Source: a virus
Lineage: Duplodnaviria > Caudoviricetes
Length of the DNA stretch: 40,912 nucleotides
Direction: 5' to 3' (one strand)
Virus record (IMG/VR): IMGVR_UViG_3300011425_000201
Span: 1 to 40,912 of that record
Numbering within the stretch: the stretch's first letter is position 1; every line of letters begins with the position of its first letter. The notes under the pieces are model-generated. The model saw only the letters and a program-made list of their open reading frames with translations. It did not search any database and was not told where the DNA came from. Positions 26,056 to 35,208 of the stretch are shown piece by piece. The translations under genes were made by a program, and so were the position numbers.

Positions 26056-26358
26056 TTAATCCTTGGTCAGCGAAAGAATTGTCAAACCCCATCCATCGAA
26101 CGCGCCCTCATAAATCTTGTAGGTGACTCCATCGATGATCAGCAGAGCGGTACTGTTCACGTTGGGGACGTCGGATGTCTTCGCCGTCGCCTGGGTGTTC
26201 ACGTTCGCGACATTGGCGCCATTGACGTCGGTGTTCTGGTAGCTTCGATCAAAAATGACCCTGATAGCTCGCCTGACTCCATCGGGGTCGACGTAGATTG
26301 CGTCGACCCCGAATTCGTCTGTTCGAATGAGCTTATCGATGTCGCCTTCAATGTCCAC
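26056..26358 (-). CDS. Head-tail joining protein (gpFII-like)
   Basis: DEFG..A.Y...IRVIFDR...IDGVTY.I...DG.G.T.L.L pattern. Confidence 0.75.
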   Translation of the reverse strand: MDIEGDIDKLIRTDEFGVDAIYVDPDGVRRAIRVIFDRSYQNTDVNGANVANVNTQATAKTSDVPNVNSTALLIIDGVTYKIYEGAFDGWGLTILSLTKD

Positions 26359-26748
26359 TTACGGCTTGTACTGTTTCCCCGTGAGGATGACGACGCCGAC
26401 CGGGAACGCGGGTGAGGCCGATCCGCCGATCGTATAATTGACCCGCAGGTACTGTTGGGTACCGCGCGGATCGACTCCAACTGTCTGAATGGAATCGACC
26501 GTCGTAACCTGGGTGATGGAGGCGCCGGTGACATCCGTCCAGTTCGTGGATCCGTCAGCGCTCTGCTGGATCTTCGCGTCGAAGGTCGGAAGCGTGCCTG
26601 CCGTCGCCGCCGAGACGTTGAATGCGAACAGCACAGCCAGCGTGTTGCCCAGCATGTTGATGGCCGCGCTATTACCAGAGGCGGTGATCGACTGCGACTT
26701 GAGCGCAACGGCGGCGTTGATCTCGTTTTTTAAATCATATGGCAGCAT
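26359..26748 (-). CDS. Capsid cement/decoration protein (Bbp16-like)
   Basis: ITASG.S.AI...IQQSADG..WTDV...QYLRVNYT motif; after capsid gene. Confidence 0.65.
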   Translation of the reverse strand: MLPYDLKNEINAAVALKSQSITASGNSAAINMLGNTLAVLFAFNVSAATAGTLPTFDAKIQQSADGSTNWTDVTGASITQVTTVDSIQTVGVDPRGTQQYLRVNYTIGGSASPAFPVGVVILTGKQYKP

Positions 26749-26751
26749 GGA

Positions 26752-26925
26752 TTATTTCTCCTTTTTCGGTTCGGTTTCTGCTTCGAGTTCCACCGCCTGG
26801 TGTTGGCTCAGGACGAGTTGCGCATCTTCTCTCGTGATCGTTACTCCGACCTCGCGCACTTCGCCGACCTTGACCACCTTGCGGTCGATGAGGGTTTCGT
26901 TGATGAACTTTATTTTCTTCGTCAC
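26752..26925 (-). CDS. Small head-associated protein (57 aa, not in ORF track)
   Basis: GTG start with AAAGGAG RBS; MTKKIKFINETLIDRKVVKVGEVREV...EDAQLVL. Confidence 0.65.
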   Translation of the reverse strand: MTKKIKFINETLIDRKVVKVGEVREVGVTITREDAQLVLSQHQAVELEAETEPKKEK

Positions 26926-26950
26926 GTTATGCTCCTTTGTGGAAGTGGTT

Positions 26951-26985
26951 ATACAAACCCGGGCGACGCATGAGCCTCGCCCGGG
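26951..26985 (-). terminator. Hairpin/terminator after the major capsid gene
   Basis: CCCGGGCGA/TCGCCCGGG 9-bp stem followed by TTTGTAT on the minus strand. Confidence 0.6.
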
Positions 26986-27002
26986 AGAGTTCAGATCAGA
27001 TC

Positions 27003-28976
27003 TTACTGCGCTCCGCTATCGCTTGAAATTGCAAAGCTTGCCGCATGGCGCACTCCGTTATCGGTCCAGAGCGTGATCGTCACTTCGATCTGTCCCTGTT
27101 TGGCGAGCGTATACGGGTTGACGACGACATCGATCCCGGCCCAATCGGCCAGGATGAGATCCTGCCAGTTGCCGAAGATGACGCGATCGGCATAGGTACC
27201 GGTGGAGAGAATCTGGTTCGTCGCCTCGGCCCGGTAGCCGTTGACGAGGCCGGAGCCGTTGACGCCGGTATCCCAGAGGAAGCTCGAATACTGCGACGCG
27301 GCAATCTTCGTGGCCGTCTTCCATTTCCCGCGAACTGCCGGGGAAGTGAGGTAGGCCGGCGCGCCGAGAAGCGCGTTCGCCTGAGCAACCGCCGTCTCGA
27401 AGGACACAATCTTCGCCCACGTTGCCGCGGCGCTAAAGGTGACCGATCCGATACCTGAGACGTTCACGATCCCGAGCGGCTGACCTGCCGATCCGAGCCC
27501 GAACAATGCGGCGCGGTCTTTCTCGATCGCCAGCACCCGCATCAAGTCTTCGCGGACGAAGGCCTCGATGGAGATCGACGACTGATTCAGGAGCTCCTTG
27601 TCATATGCCGTATCGGCGACGAGCCGGTGCGGTGCAAGGCCGAGCTGGGCGAACGCCTGATCGGACGCGGTAACCGCTCCGTTGGAGGACAGCCAGTAGG
27701 CCGTCGCTCCGCCCGATTGTCGCGGGATGGCGATATTGCCGGTCAACCCGGAGAGCTGACGGGCTCCCAGGGCCGCGACGAGCGTCTGATTTCTCAAGAG
27801 CTCAATCAAGCTCGTGCCCAGGACCTCGGTATCGACGGTGTAGCCGCCCTTGGTCTGGTCGGTCGTCGAGAGGGCGCGCTTCTGGACGACGATATCATTC
27901 GGGATCCGGAATCCCATCTCTCCGATGTCGTCGCGTTTGCAAATCTTCGCGACAGCATCGTTGACTTCTTTCTCGATCCCATCGAGCGCCCGCTGATTCC
28001 CGATCAGCTTGAGGGCACGAACGACGGAGTAACGCTTCAGCTCCTTTTCGCTCATTCCGATATTGCCCTGCGTCGAGACGTCGACGTCGGTCGTCTGGGC
28101 CGGCTTCGCCTGGTTGAAACGTTTGAGCACTTCATCGTTGAACTGCTCTTTCGGCCATTCCTTATCGATGGCCATCTTTCTCAAGGCTTCCATATCCTTG
28201 AATTGGTCGTCCGGGCGGATATTGTTGGCATGAATCGCCGCCATCGCATTGATATGCGCAATCCTTTCCCGCTCCCGCGTGGTCGCTTTGCCGATATCTT
28301 CGGCGGTCAGCGTGATTATTTCCGGCATGGGTAGATCCTTTCCTGAATTGTTTTGATTCGGTCGTTTAATTTCACTTTCTAAAAACCTGACAGCTTCATC
28401 TTCGGTCGCATCTTTCTTCATGCCGCGTTCGATGAGGATCTTGCGCGTACCGTCATCAATCCTGACTGAGCGGGTCTTGGAATCCGGGTCGGCACCTACC
28501 GGCGTGAGGCTCCCCTCAATCACTCGCCATTTGGGAGTCACGCGCAGCGGACCCTTGAACGTTCGGCCAGCAACAACGGCAGACTCATCCTTCGGGATCC
28601 AGGTTGTCTCCAGCCTCTCGTAGCCGGCGGAGAGATCTGTCAGATGCCCTTCCCGGCATTTCGTCTCGGCACGCTGACCTTCAGGAGTTGAATCGAAGCA
28701 AAGCGTTCCGAGAACCTGGCAATCCTTGGTTTCGAGATCACGAATACTTCCCAGCATCGAATCGATCGAATAACGCATATGGCTGTCCAGGAGCGGGACC
28801 TGCCTTCCATTGATTTCAGCTCCATCGGCGATCAAAACCTCGTCATGGTCACCATGCTCCCAGTCCCACATCGGCACCGGTCCATCGGTTGCAATCACCG
28901 CACGCATCGTATGTTTTTCAGCGTCATACGAGCTCTGGACGGTGGGCATCTTGCGTGTGATCAGATTATTCGGCAT
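27003..28976 (-). CDS. Fused prohead protease - major capsid protein (HK97 fold)
   Basis: N-terminal PLLDSH...DLSAGY...EGSLTPVGAD protease motifs; C-terminal GGYTV, IPRQSGGATAYW, FGNWQDL capsid motifs. Confidence 0.92.
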   Translation of the reverse strand: MPNNLITRKMPTVQSSYDAEKHTMRAVIATDGPVPMWDWEHGDHDEVLIADGAEINGRQVPLLDSHMRYSIDSMLGSIRDLETKDCQVLGTLCFDSTPEGQRAETKCREGHLTDLSAGYERLETTWIPKDESAVVAGRTFKGPLRVTPKWRVIEGSLTPVGADPDSKTRSVRIDDGTRKILIERGMKKDATEDEAVRFLESEIKRPNQNNSGKDLPMPEIITLTAEDIGKATTRERERIAHINAMAAIHANNIRPDDQFKDMEALRKMAIDKEWPKEQFNDEVLKRFNQAKPAQTTDVDVSTQGNIGMSEKELKRYSVVRALKLIGNQRALDGIEKEVNDAVAKICKRDDIGEMGFRIPNDIVVQKRALSTTDQTKGGYTVDTEVLGTSLIELLRNQTLVAALGARQLSGLTGNIAIPRQSGGATAYWLSSNGAVTASDQAFAQLGLAPHRLVADTAYDKELLNQSSISIEAFVREDLMRVLAIEKDRAALFGLGSAGQPLGIVNVSGIGSVTFSAAATWAKIVSFETAVAQANALLGAPAYLTSPAVRGKWKTATKIAASQYSSFLWDTGVNGSGLVNGYRAEATNQILSTGTYADRVIFGNWQDLILADWAGIDVVVNPYTLAKQGQIEVTITLWTDNGVRHAASFAISSDSGAQ

Positions 28977-30612
28977 CGAGGGTCTCTCTCACTTTGTTTT
29001 CAATTCTTTTTTTCCTCAAGATCTGGTAGGCTTCATTCAGGAGGGCGCGCGCCTTCTGCTCATCCGGATTGGGCGGATTGGCCGGATCGTTTTCCACGGC
29101 AGCCGCGGCCGGGCCGGAGAGCTGGATCTCATCGGTCTTCAGGGTCAGTCCCATGGACGCAGCCAGAGACTTCTCCGCAGCGAGCTCGGTGTAGAGCTCG
29201 TCGATCGAGTTGCCCCTCTCAGCGATCACCTGGGTGGCCGTCTTGAAGCCAGCCTGCACCTGAAGGATTTCGGCCTCGACATCTTTGAAGGGATCGACAT
29301 ATTCCCAGCGCCGGCCGAGCCAGATAGCGCGGCAATAGTATTCAAACTTCGTGATGTCGAGCGGAAGGATGCCCTTGAGGATGGCCATCTTCAGCCACTC
29401 GCGGAAGATCGGCTTCAGGTACGTGTCGGTGAAAAATCTCTGGTAGATCCTCCACATATCGCGCTCGATGATCTTCCCATCGCGGATACTGGAATAGTTG
29501 ACGCCCTCGAGATCTCCTGTGAGCGATTCGTAAGAGACGTTGAGCCCGGTTGAGATGCCTCGGAGCGTCGTTTTCATGAACATGGCATGCTGGGCCGTCG
29601 GGTACTCCGGCGACCAGGGGGCAAACTTCAGTCCGGCCGGCAGCTGCTGCATCGTCCCGGCTTCGGCGTCCATGATTAGGTTGCCTTTCGCATCTTTCCC
29701 TTGTCCGACAAACTGGCTCGTCGGGGATCCGGCCGGATCGATCTGTTCGAAGAATCCCATCTTCGCAGCGCTCACCCGGGCGTTGATGATCGCAGCTTCC
29801 TCATAACCGGTAAGCATCCGCAGCCGGTACATCGACTGCGTCAGCCACGACATACCGCGCGTCTGATTCTCATACTCCTGGTCGAATCCCAGGATCATAT
29901 CGTTTGCGGAAATCACCTTCGGGGGGAATGAGTAAGGGAGCCCGCCATAAAGCTCCATCTCCGGGATCCGGTTTTTCAGGTAATAATTCACCGGACGCTT
30001 CCACTCGTCGAGCTCGACGCCCATCTTGACGACATTGCCGTTGCCGAGCTTCTGACTGTGCTGCTCGTCGATGGCTTCGGTCTCGATCATCCCCAGGGAG
30101 AATCCAAAGGGGCTCTTGGATCCGCGAATCATCTGGATGGCGCCCTCGCCGTCTCGGGCGAGATATTTCGCCAGCATATCCTGGATGCCCCAGAAGGAGA
30201 AGCGGCCGTTGACGGAGCAATTTTGATTCTCCGTCCACTCGTTCCACGCATCCTCGATCATCAGATTCGCATTCTCGTCCAGCTTTCCGCGAGGATACTT
30301 CCGGGTGCGCGGACCGTGCACATCCATCTGCAGGGAGAATCCTTTCGGGCCGACGATGTTGGATCTGCAAAGATTGACGAACTTCTTCGCGTAATCATTG
30401 TTCTTGACGAGATCTCGCGCGCGTTCACGTACGATCCTTAAGGCAAGGCGGATATCCTGGTCCGGAGATACCGGCGCGCTCACCCAATCATTCGTCAGCC
30501 TGGTGAGCTGAGCGGCCGCATAGGATCTCGCAGCGACGGAGAGGCCTTCATTGAATCCCTGCCGCTCCATCTCTTGAGCGTCCGGCCGGCGCGCGGGCTC
30601 AGCGGAGCTCAC
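28966..30612 (-). CDS. Portal protein, lambda family
   Basis: RERARDLVKNNDYA, GVELDEW.RPV.Y, QTRG.SW, GD...VNYSS.R, W..VDP.KD motifs; start uncertain. Confidence 0.92.
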   Translation of the reverse strand: MSSAEPARRPDAQEMERQGFNEGLSVAARSYAAAQLTRLTNDWVSAPVSPDQDIRLALRIVRERARDLVKNNDYAKKFVNLCRSNIVGPKGFSLQMDVHGPRTRKYPRGKLDENANLMIEDAWNEWTENQNCSVNGRFSFWGIQDMLAKYLARDGEGAIQMIRGSKSPFGFSLGMIETEAIDEQHSQKLGNGNVVKMGVELDEWKRPVNYYLKNRIPEMELYGGLPYSFPPKVISANDMILGFDQEYENQTRGMSWLTQSMYRLRMLTGYEEAAIINARVSAAKMGFFEQIDPAGSPTSQFVGQGKDAKGNLIMDAEAGTMQQLPAGLKFAPWSPEYPTAQHAMFMKTTLRGISTGLNVSYESLTGDLEGVNYSSIRDGKIIERDMWRIYQRFFTDTYLKPIFREWLKMAILKGILPLDITKFEYYCRAIWLGRRWEYVDPFKDVEAEILQVQAGFKTATQVIAERGNSIDELYTELAAEKSLAASMGLTLKTDEIQLSGPAAAAVENDPANPPNPDEQKARALLNEAYQILRKKRIENKVRETLDAE

Positions 30613-30629
30613 GATATTGAGATTCGCGT

Positions 30630-31181
30630 TCAGAACTGCACCTTGATCGTATTGCCCGGGTTATTGCCCTCTTTGAGGAGTTCCTGCTGCTTCTCCTGTT
30701 CGACCTCAACCTGGTAATGACGACGCCAGATGAGGAGCTCGTTTGGGGTGAGGTGTTTGAGATGACGGGATGTCGGACCGGTGCCGATCAGATATTCGCT
30801 CTCTTCTTTCGTTGCGCGCGATTCCTCGAGGGCAATAATGGCATCGAGCATCTTCTGCGCATGCGTCCGGGAATCATATCCTTGCGGGAGCGTGCGCAGG
30901 TTGACGAGGATCTTCAGGGATCCGACTTCGACGGTGTGCTCTTCAGTGCCCTTGACGACGACGGCCTGATAGTCGTAGTCTCCCGGGGCCCAGAGCGCGG
31001 AAGTGGCAGCATCGACGGACAAAGCGAACGCATCTCCGCTCGCGGTCGATTGGAAAGTGAAATTGTTCTTGCCGATGAGATAATACTTCAGCGTCCAGCC
31101 GGCGCTCGCCGCATAATTGTCGACAGTGTCGGTCCAGCTCAGCGTATCTCCAGCCTGAATTTCTTTCGGTATGTTCAGCAG
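30630..31181 (-). CDS. Head completion / gpW-like protein; reading frame extends upstream to a probable CTG start
   Basis: Frame open upstream of TTG 31022 encoding LLNIPKEIQAGDTLSW...GWTLKYYL; C-terminal SRTHAQKMLDAI...EY.IG...L gpW-like motif. Confidence 0.7.
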   Translation of the reverse strand: MLNIPKEIQAGDTLSWTDTVDNYAASAGWTLKYYLIGKNNFTFQSTASGDAFALSVDAATSALWAPGDYDYQAVVVKGTEEHTVEVGSLKILVNLRTLPQGYDSRTHAQKMLDAIIALEESRATKEESEYLIGTGPTSRHLKHLTPNELLIWRRHYQVEVEQEKQQELLKEGNNPGNTIKVQF

Positions 31182-31192
31182 GGTGAGCCCAT

Positions 31193-31232
31193 AAATAAAA
31201 TGGCCATGATTGCCTGCATGCAGTCATGGCCA
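31193..31232 (-). terminator. Intrinsic terminator after the peptidase moron
   Basis: TGGCCATGA(T/C)TGC 13-bp stem (31201-31232) followed by TTTTATTT on the minus strand. Confidence 0.75.
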
Positions 31233-31468
31233 TGGTCAAACTATCGGACCCGTCGGTCCTTATGATGGGATCAATATATTATCATTCCAGAGGGAGAATC
31301 AACGGAGGAAAGTGGATTTTTTCGCGGAATAATCCCGCAATGCGAGCGGGATTGCTCGTATTTCAGAAATGGGCTAAAATAATTTTGGGGGCTTAACTAC
31401 GAACGGGGAGAAAAAGGATGAATGGAGCGATGATCTTCGCTCTCCATTCGGTCCCGTACCCTCAGAGG

Positions 31469-33004
31469 TCAGATGGAAGGGGATGTCGAGGGCGGAGACG
31501 ACGCGCCTCGTGTCAAGAATTCATACAATCTCGGCTCAAGCATAGACTTATTAATTCCTATGACCTGCGGGTTGACCAGGTAATCTTGGAATCGATTTTG
31601 AAAACCCTTGTCATGCCAAACATGATGATAGAAGGGAAAAGATCTTTGCATGTCGGTTGCATCAGCAAAAAATTCCATGATTTTTTTTGTATCGCATCTC
31701 AGCGTGGCTCTCCAGATGAATCGTGGCGACTGCGCAAACAGTAACCACTTTAATTCACTGCTCTCAAACTGCTCACCCTTGATATCCTTTTTCAGTTCGT
31801 TAATCGTGGTCATTCTCAAATCCCATTCACTCTCTATCCCCGGGGGTAGAAACAACGAAAGAACCGCAGATACCCGCTCCAACCACCCAGAGATATCGAG
31901 AAAGGTAACTCGGATCTTGTTATACACCGGGATGAGCAAGAAAATAGGTCGAATCTCCAAAATCGTTCCAGATGATTTATCTTTCCATTGACCTTCAAAC
32001 AATACTGGATAATCTTTTATGGACGCCTTTACCTTTAATCGGGAGAAGGGTCCGACTTGGTCATCGTGCGCATAAAATTCATCGATACGTAATCCGACCA
32101 TTGGAATGCACTTTTCACCACTCGCTACCTCTTGCTGATGCACTTTCGCGGGTTTGAGTGAATACCCTGTCAGCGTAACTGCATGCAGTCCTCCGCCCTC
32201 GATATGTACTCCAAGGATCACGGGTAATCCCATTCTGAGGTATCCATACGCCATCGAAACAAAAGGAATATCGGGTTTCGCCCCGAAGAATTCCGGCTCG
32301 AGTCCTACAGACCGAATGGCGTGCGCCATTTGACGAATATCAAGGCCATGCGATGGGATTGCGCGCGCATTGCTCACCACCCCATTCGCAACTCTTGTAA
32401 TTTCCGCCGGACGGGGGGACGGAGTTCCAAAGAGCTCCGATGTTTTATGGAAGGCTGACCACAGAGCCACTGTCGCACATGCGGCCAGGACTGTATCCTG
32501 CTCTTGGAACGGCAAGCTATTCACATTAAAAGCCGTCCCAAAAAGATTGGCGTGATAATTCTTCACAGCCGTATAATGTCGCCTGCCGCCATCACTCGGA
32601 TAAGTTTTGAGGACGGTTCGCCCAACAATCGCGGTGGGTAACGGTCGTACGACGACGAATCCCAAGTAATTATCATGCAGCCCTTTCAATAATTCCGGTT
32701 TCGGCGCGAGAATCAGATCATGAAATGCGGCCTCCTCAATCCCATGAGCAAAAAAATGCAATCGGATACAACGACGGTCATAATCTTTGAAGCACCTCAC
32801 GTAATAAGAGGCGAAATCTTCCAAGAAATCACCATCGATATAATTTTTCTCCACGACCATTGTCTTCGCATGAAGATCAGTCAGATAGCCGCAAAGATAA
32901 ATAGCCCGGTCTTGCCGGGCTACTTCGTTCGAACTACAGTATGGATTGCTTAGGGCGTCGTAGAATGCTTGCGCTGTGAACGCCCTTATCAGAAATGGCT
33001 CCAT
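31469..33004 (-). CDS. Papain-like (C39-like) cysteine peptidase-fold protein, 511 aa
   Basis: FQEQD...AAC(176)ATVALW, GLH(274)AVTLTGY, FYAHDD(313-315)QVGPF give Gln-Cys-His-Asp order; AT-richer than flanks. Confidence 0.75.
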   Translation of the reverse strand: MEPFLIRAFTAQAFYDALSNPYCSSNEVARQDRAIYLCGYLTDLHAKTMVVEKNYIDGDFLEDFASYYVRCFKDYDRRCIRLHFFAHGIEEAAFHDLILAPKPELLKGLHDNYLGFVVVRPLPTAIVGRTVLKTYPSDGGRRHYTAVKNYHANLFGTAFNVNSLPFQEQDTVLAACATVALWSAFHKTSELFGTPSPRPAEITRVANGVVSNARAIPSHGLDIRQMAHAIRSVGLEPEFFGAKPDIPFVSMAYGYLRMGLPVILGVHIEGGGLHAVTLTGYSLKPAKVHQQEVASGEKCIPMVGLRIDEFYAHDDQVGPFSRLKVKASIKDYPVLFEGQWKDKSSGTILEIRPIFLLIPVYNKIRVTFLDISGWLERVSAVLSLFLPPGIESEWDLRMTTINELKKDIKGEQFESSELKWLLFAQSPRFIWRATLRCDTKKIMEFFADATDMQRSFPFYHHVWHDKGFQNRFQDYLVNPQVIGINKSMLEPRLYEFLTRGASSPPSTSPSI

Positions 33005-33008
33005 TCGG

Positions 33009-33212
33009 TTATACGCTGATGACGGTCTCCCATAGCTCTTTTGAAATCACTTTCGCCGCCTCGATTTTGTCAAGGCGTTTCTGGAGCTCAGGCTGACGAA
33101 GCTTCAATTCGCGCTCTGCACCGAAGGGATCAACTTCGCGGAGTGGTATCAGGGCGTCGGGAGGCGCAACATGTGTCTCGGTGGTCGATTCTACTTGTTC
33201 ATTTGTAGGCAT
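33009..33212 (-). CDS. Small protein (67 aa) co-transcribed with the peptidase
   Basis: ATG 33212 with AAGGG RBS; ends 4 nt before peptidase ATG; C-terminus ...LDKIEAAKVISKELWETVISV. Confidence 0.7.
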   Translation of the reverse strand: MPTNEQVESTTETHVAPPDALIPLREVDPFGAERELKLRQPELQKRLDKIEAAKVISKELWETVISV

Positions 33213-33408
33213 AGTGGTACCCTTAAATGGGAGGTCTCCATTGGTTTCTACCAATAGGAAGCAATTTTTGTTCCTGTTTGTTAAACGCGAAAAGGAAGCA
33301 AATCAAGCGATTTGTTCCCTTAGAGAGGAAAAAATTAACCCCAATGAGAAAAATATACTGCCTGGATGACGCGATTTATGTGACATTGGTCACGATAATC
33401 ACACCTTC

Positions 33409-33437
33409 ATTTTACGCAATACTTTTGCGAATGTCAA
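33409..33437 (-). promoter_or_regulatory. Near-consensus sigma70 promoter of the moron
   Basis: Minus strand TTGACA (33437-33432)-N17-TAAAAT (33414-33409); palindromes CGCAA-N5-TTGCG in spacer and GTGAC-N4-GTCAC downstream. Confidence 0.8.
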
Positions 33438-33477
33438 ATGCAATCCGATTAAAATCCTGCAAGAAAACCAGAGTGAG

Positions 33478-35208
33478 TCATCGCCTGCAGCCTTCGGTCG
33501 GCTCGATCAATCCGCGTTCCGGGATGAGCCCCATGTCCCGGAGCCAAGCGAGCGTCGACGTGAACCGGCCTCCAGTCGGATGTACCCCGAGCCTTGCTGC
33601 CAGCTCATCTTTCGTCAACGGTGCACCGCTTTCGAGAATCTCGCGCAGCACCTTCTTCTTTGCATCCTCCTGCAGCGCTTCGATCGCTTTCTCCGGACCA
33701 GTCTCCAGCTCGGCGGCCATGGCGGTGCCGGCAGCGGTCAATCGAAATCCCTCGAGAATGGAATTCGCTCGCAGCGAGGCCAGCGCAGATGTAAACCGTC
33801 CCCCTGTCGGATGGATCCCCATCCAGCGCGCGATCGCATCGCGCGTGACTTCAATTCCCCGATTGTTGAGCATCTTCACCGTATCGACGATTCGTTGCTC
33901 GACGCTCGACAACGTATTTGACATTGTCGCGATGGAGTTTACTTGTTTCACATACACCTTCGTTGAGGAACTGCTCGGCTTCGCCAGCGGCAATTTAATT
34001 TCTGCCGTGGTACCCATCGAAGGTATCGACGGCTTGCCAGGCACAAAACGCAACATATTTCCCGCCTCCACGATCGCATTGGCGATCTCATTCAGTTTCT
34101 TGATGCAAATCCCGATATGGTCATCCCTTTTCTTTTTATACTCCTCCAGGAGTGCATTTACCTTTATCCCATATTCACGAATCATTTTCTCGCCGTCGAC
34201 CTTCACAGCGACCGTTGCTTTCAAGCCACCATCGCCTTTCAGCTGCTTCTCCAGTTCCCTGATTTTTTTCCTGAGTTCGGCAGGATCGTTCTCCTTCGCC
34301 CGGACGACGAGATCCTTCATCTGGCGTTTCAGTACTTCGATATCGATGTCAGCGAGGTTCTTCGGTTCGACCCGCTTCTCCCCTGGCTTCGGCGTTCTAC
34401 CGCTATCGAAAGTCTCGATCGGTGCGACGTGTACACGCTTGAATATGCCCTCGGCATCCGGCCAACCCGGGGACCAGAACCATGCATCTCCGATCGGGAG
34501 CGACGGCAGCGACGCCATGAGGGTCTGTTTCTGTTCCTCTGTCCCATGTTGAACGATCCAGGCGTTCATCGCCTCCAGATCCTGGGGCGCGATCGTTCGT
34601 AGGCAGACCATGATCTGCGTTTGGGTGAGGACGTTCTTATTCAGCACTGCGGACCGCTGCGTGACCAGCGTACAGCCGATTCCTCTCTGGCCGCCACGAC
34701 GGACGATATCCTCGGCAGCTCCGAGCATGCGCTCCTCCCCCTTCTGTGGCTTCTGGGAAGCGATCGCATCAGCCTCATCGATGATCAGCATGACCGGCGT
34801 CCGATATTCCTCCCTGGCTTTGAGGCGATAGAGATTCTCGAGGAATGCCGTCATGAAGGTTGCTATCTCGTGCTTCCGGAAGATTGACAGGTCGATCAGG
34901 ATGCTTGCTCGTTCCTTGACAGCGAGATTTGCGATCATCTCCCCGGATCCGACCTCGAGCGGAACATCCCCATGCTCGCCGCCCAGGACGATGACCGGCA
35001 GGCCAGCCTTTTTCCCATCGGCGCTCGATCTGAGCCCCCACTGATCGCCCTTTGGATCGACCAGGATGATCTGCTGCCCCGCTTTGAAGAGCTGCTCTGC
35101 GAGGCGACGCATCGTATAGCTCTTGCCGGCGCGCTTGATCGCCAGGATGCTTATCGTCTGGGTGACGCAGTCGACCGGTAGACTAAGATTCTCCGCCAGC
35201 TTGATCAT
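33478..35208 (-). CDS. HerA/FtsK-superfamily ATPase (DUF87-like) with coiled coil and two C-terminal wHTH repeats
   Basis: Walker A variant AIKRAGKS, IILVDPKGD, Walker B LIIDEAD, RRGGQRGIG..LVTQR; repeats IARWMGIHPTGGRFTSALA and LAARLGVHPTGGRFTSTLA. Confidence 0.85.
   Translation of the reverse strand: MIKLAENLSLPVDCVTQTISILAIKRAGKSYTMRRLAEQLFKAGQQIILVDPKGDQWGLRSSADGKKAGLPVIVLGGEHGDVPLEVGSGEMIANLAVKERASILIDLSIFRKHEIATFMTAFLENLYRLKAREEYRTPVMLIIDEADAIASQKPQKGEERMLGAAEDIVRRGGQRGIGCTLVTQRSAVLNKNVLTQTQIMVCLRTIAPQDLEAMNAWIVQHGTEEQKQTLMASLPSLPIGDAWFWSPGWPDAEGIFKRVHVAPIETFDSGRTPKPGEKRVEPKNLADIDIEVLKRQMKDLVVRAKENDPAELRKKIRELEKQLKGDGGLKATVAVKVDGEKMIREYGIKVNALLEEYKKKRDDHIGICIKKLNEIANAIVEAGNMLRFVPGKPSIPSMGTTAEIKLPLAKPSSSSTKVYVKQVNSIATMSNTLSSVEQRIVDTVKMLNNRGIEVTRDAIARWMGIHPTGGRFTSALASLRANSILEGFRLTAAGTAMAAELETGPEKAIEALQEDAKKKVLREILESGAPLTKDELAARLGVHPTGGRFTSTLAWLRDMGLIPERGLIEPTEGCRR

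Noticed and set aside
31331-31353. Inverted repeat AATCCCGC/GCGGGATT as terminator
   Set aside because: No adjacent U-tract on either strand; function cannot be assigned
33944-33958. parS-like half site TGTTTCAC
   Set aside because: Not palindromic and inside coding sequence; no full parS found
33227-34552. 441-aa plus-strand ORF
   Set aside because: Antisense to the HerA-like ATPase; Ser/Phe-rich composition typical of shadow ORFs
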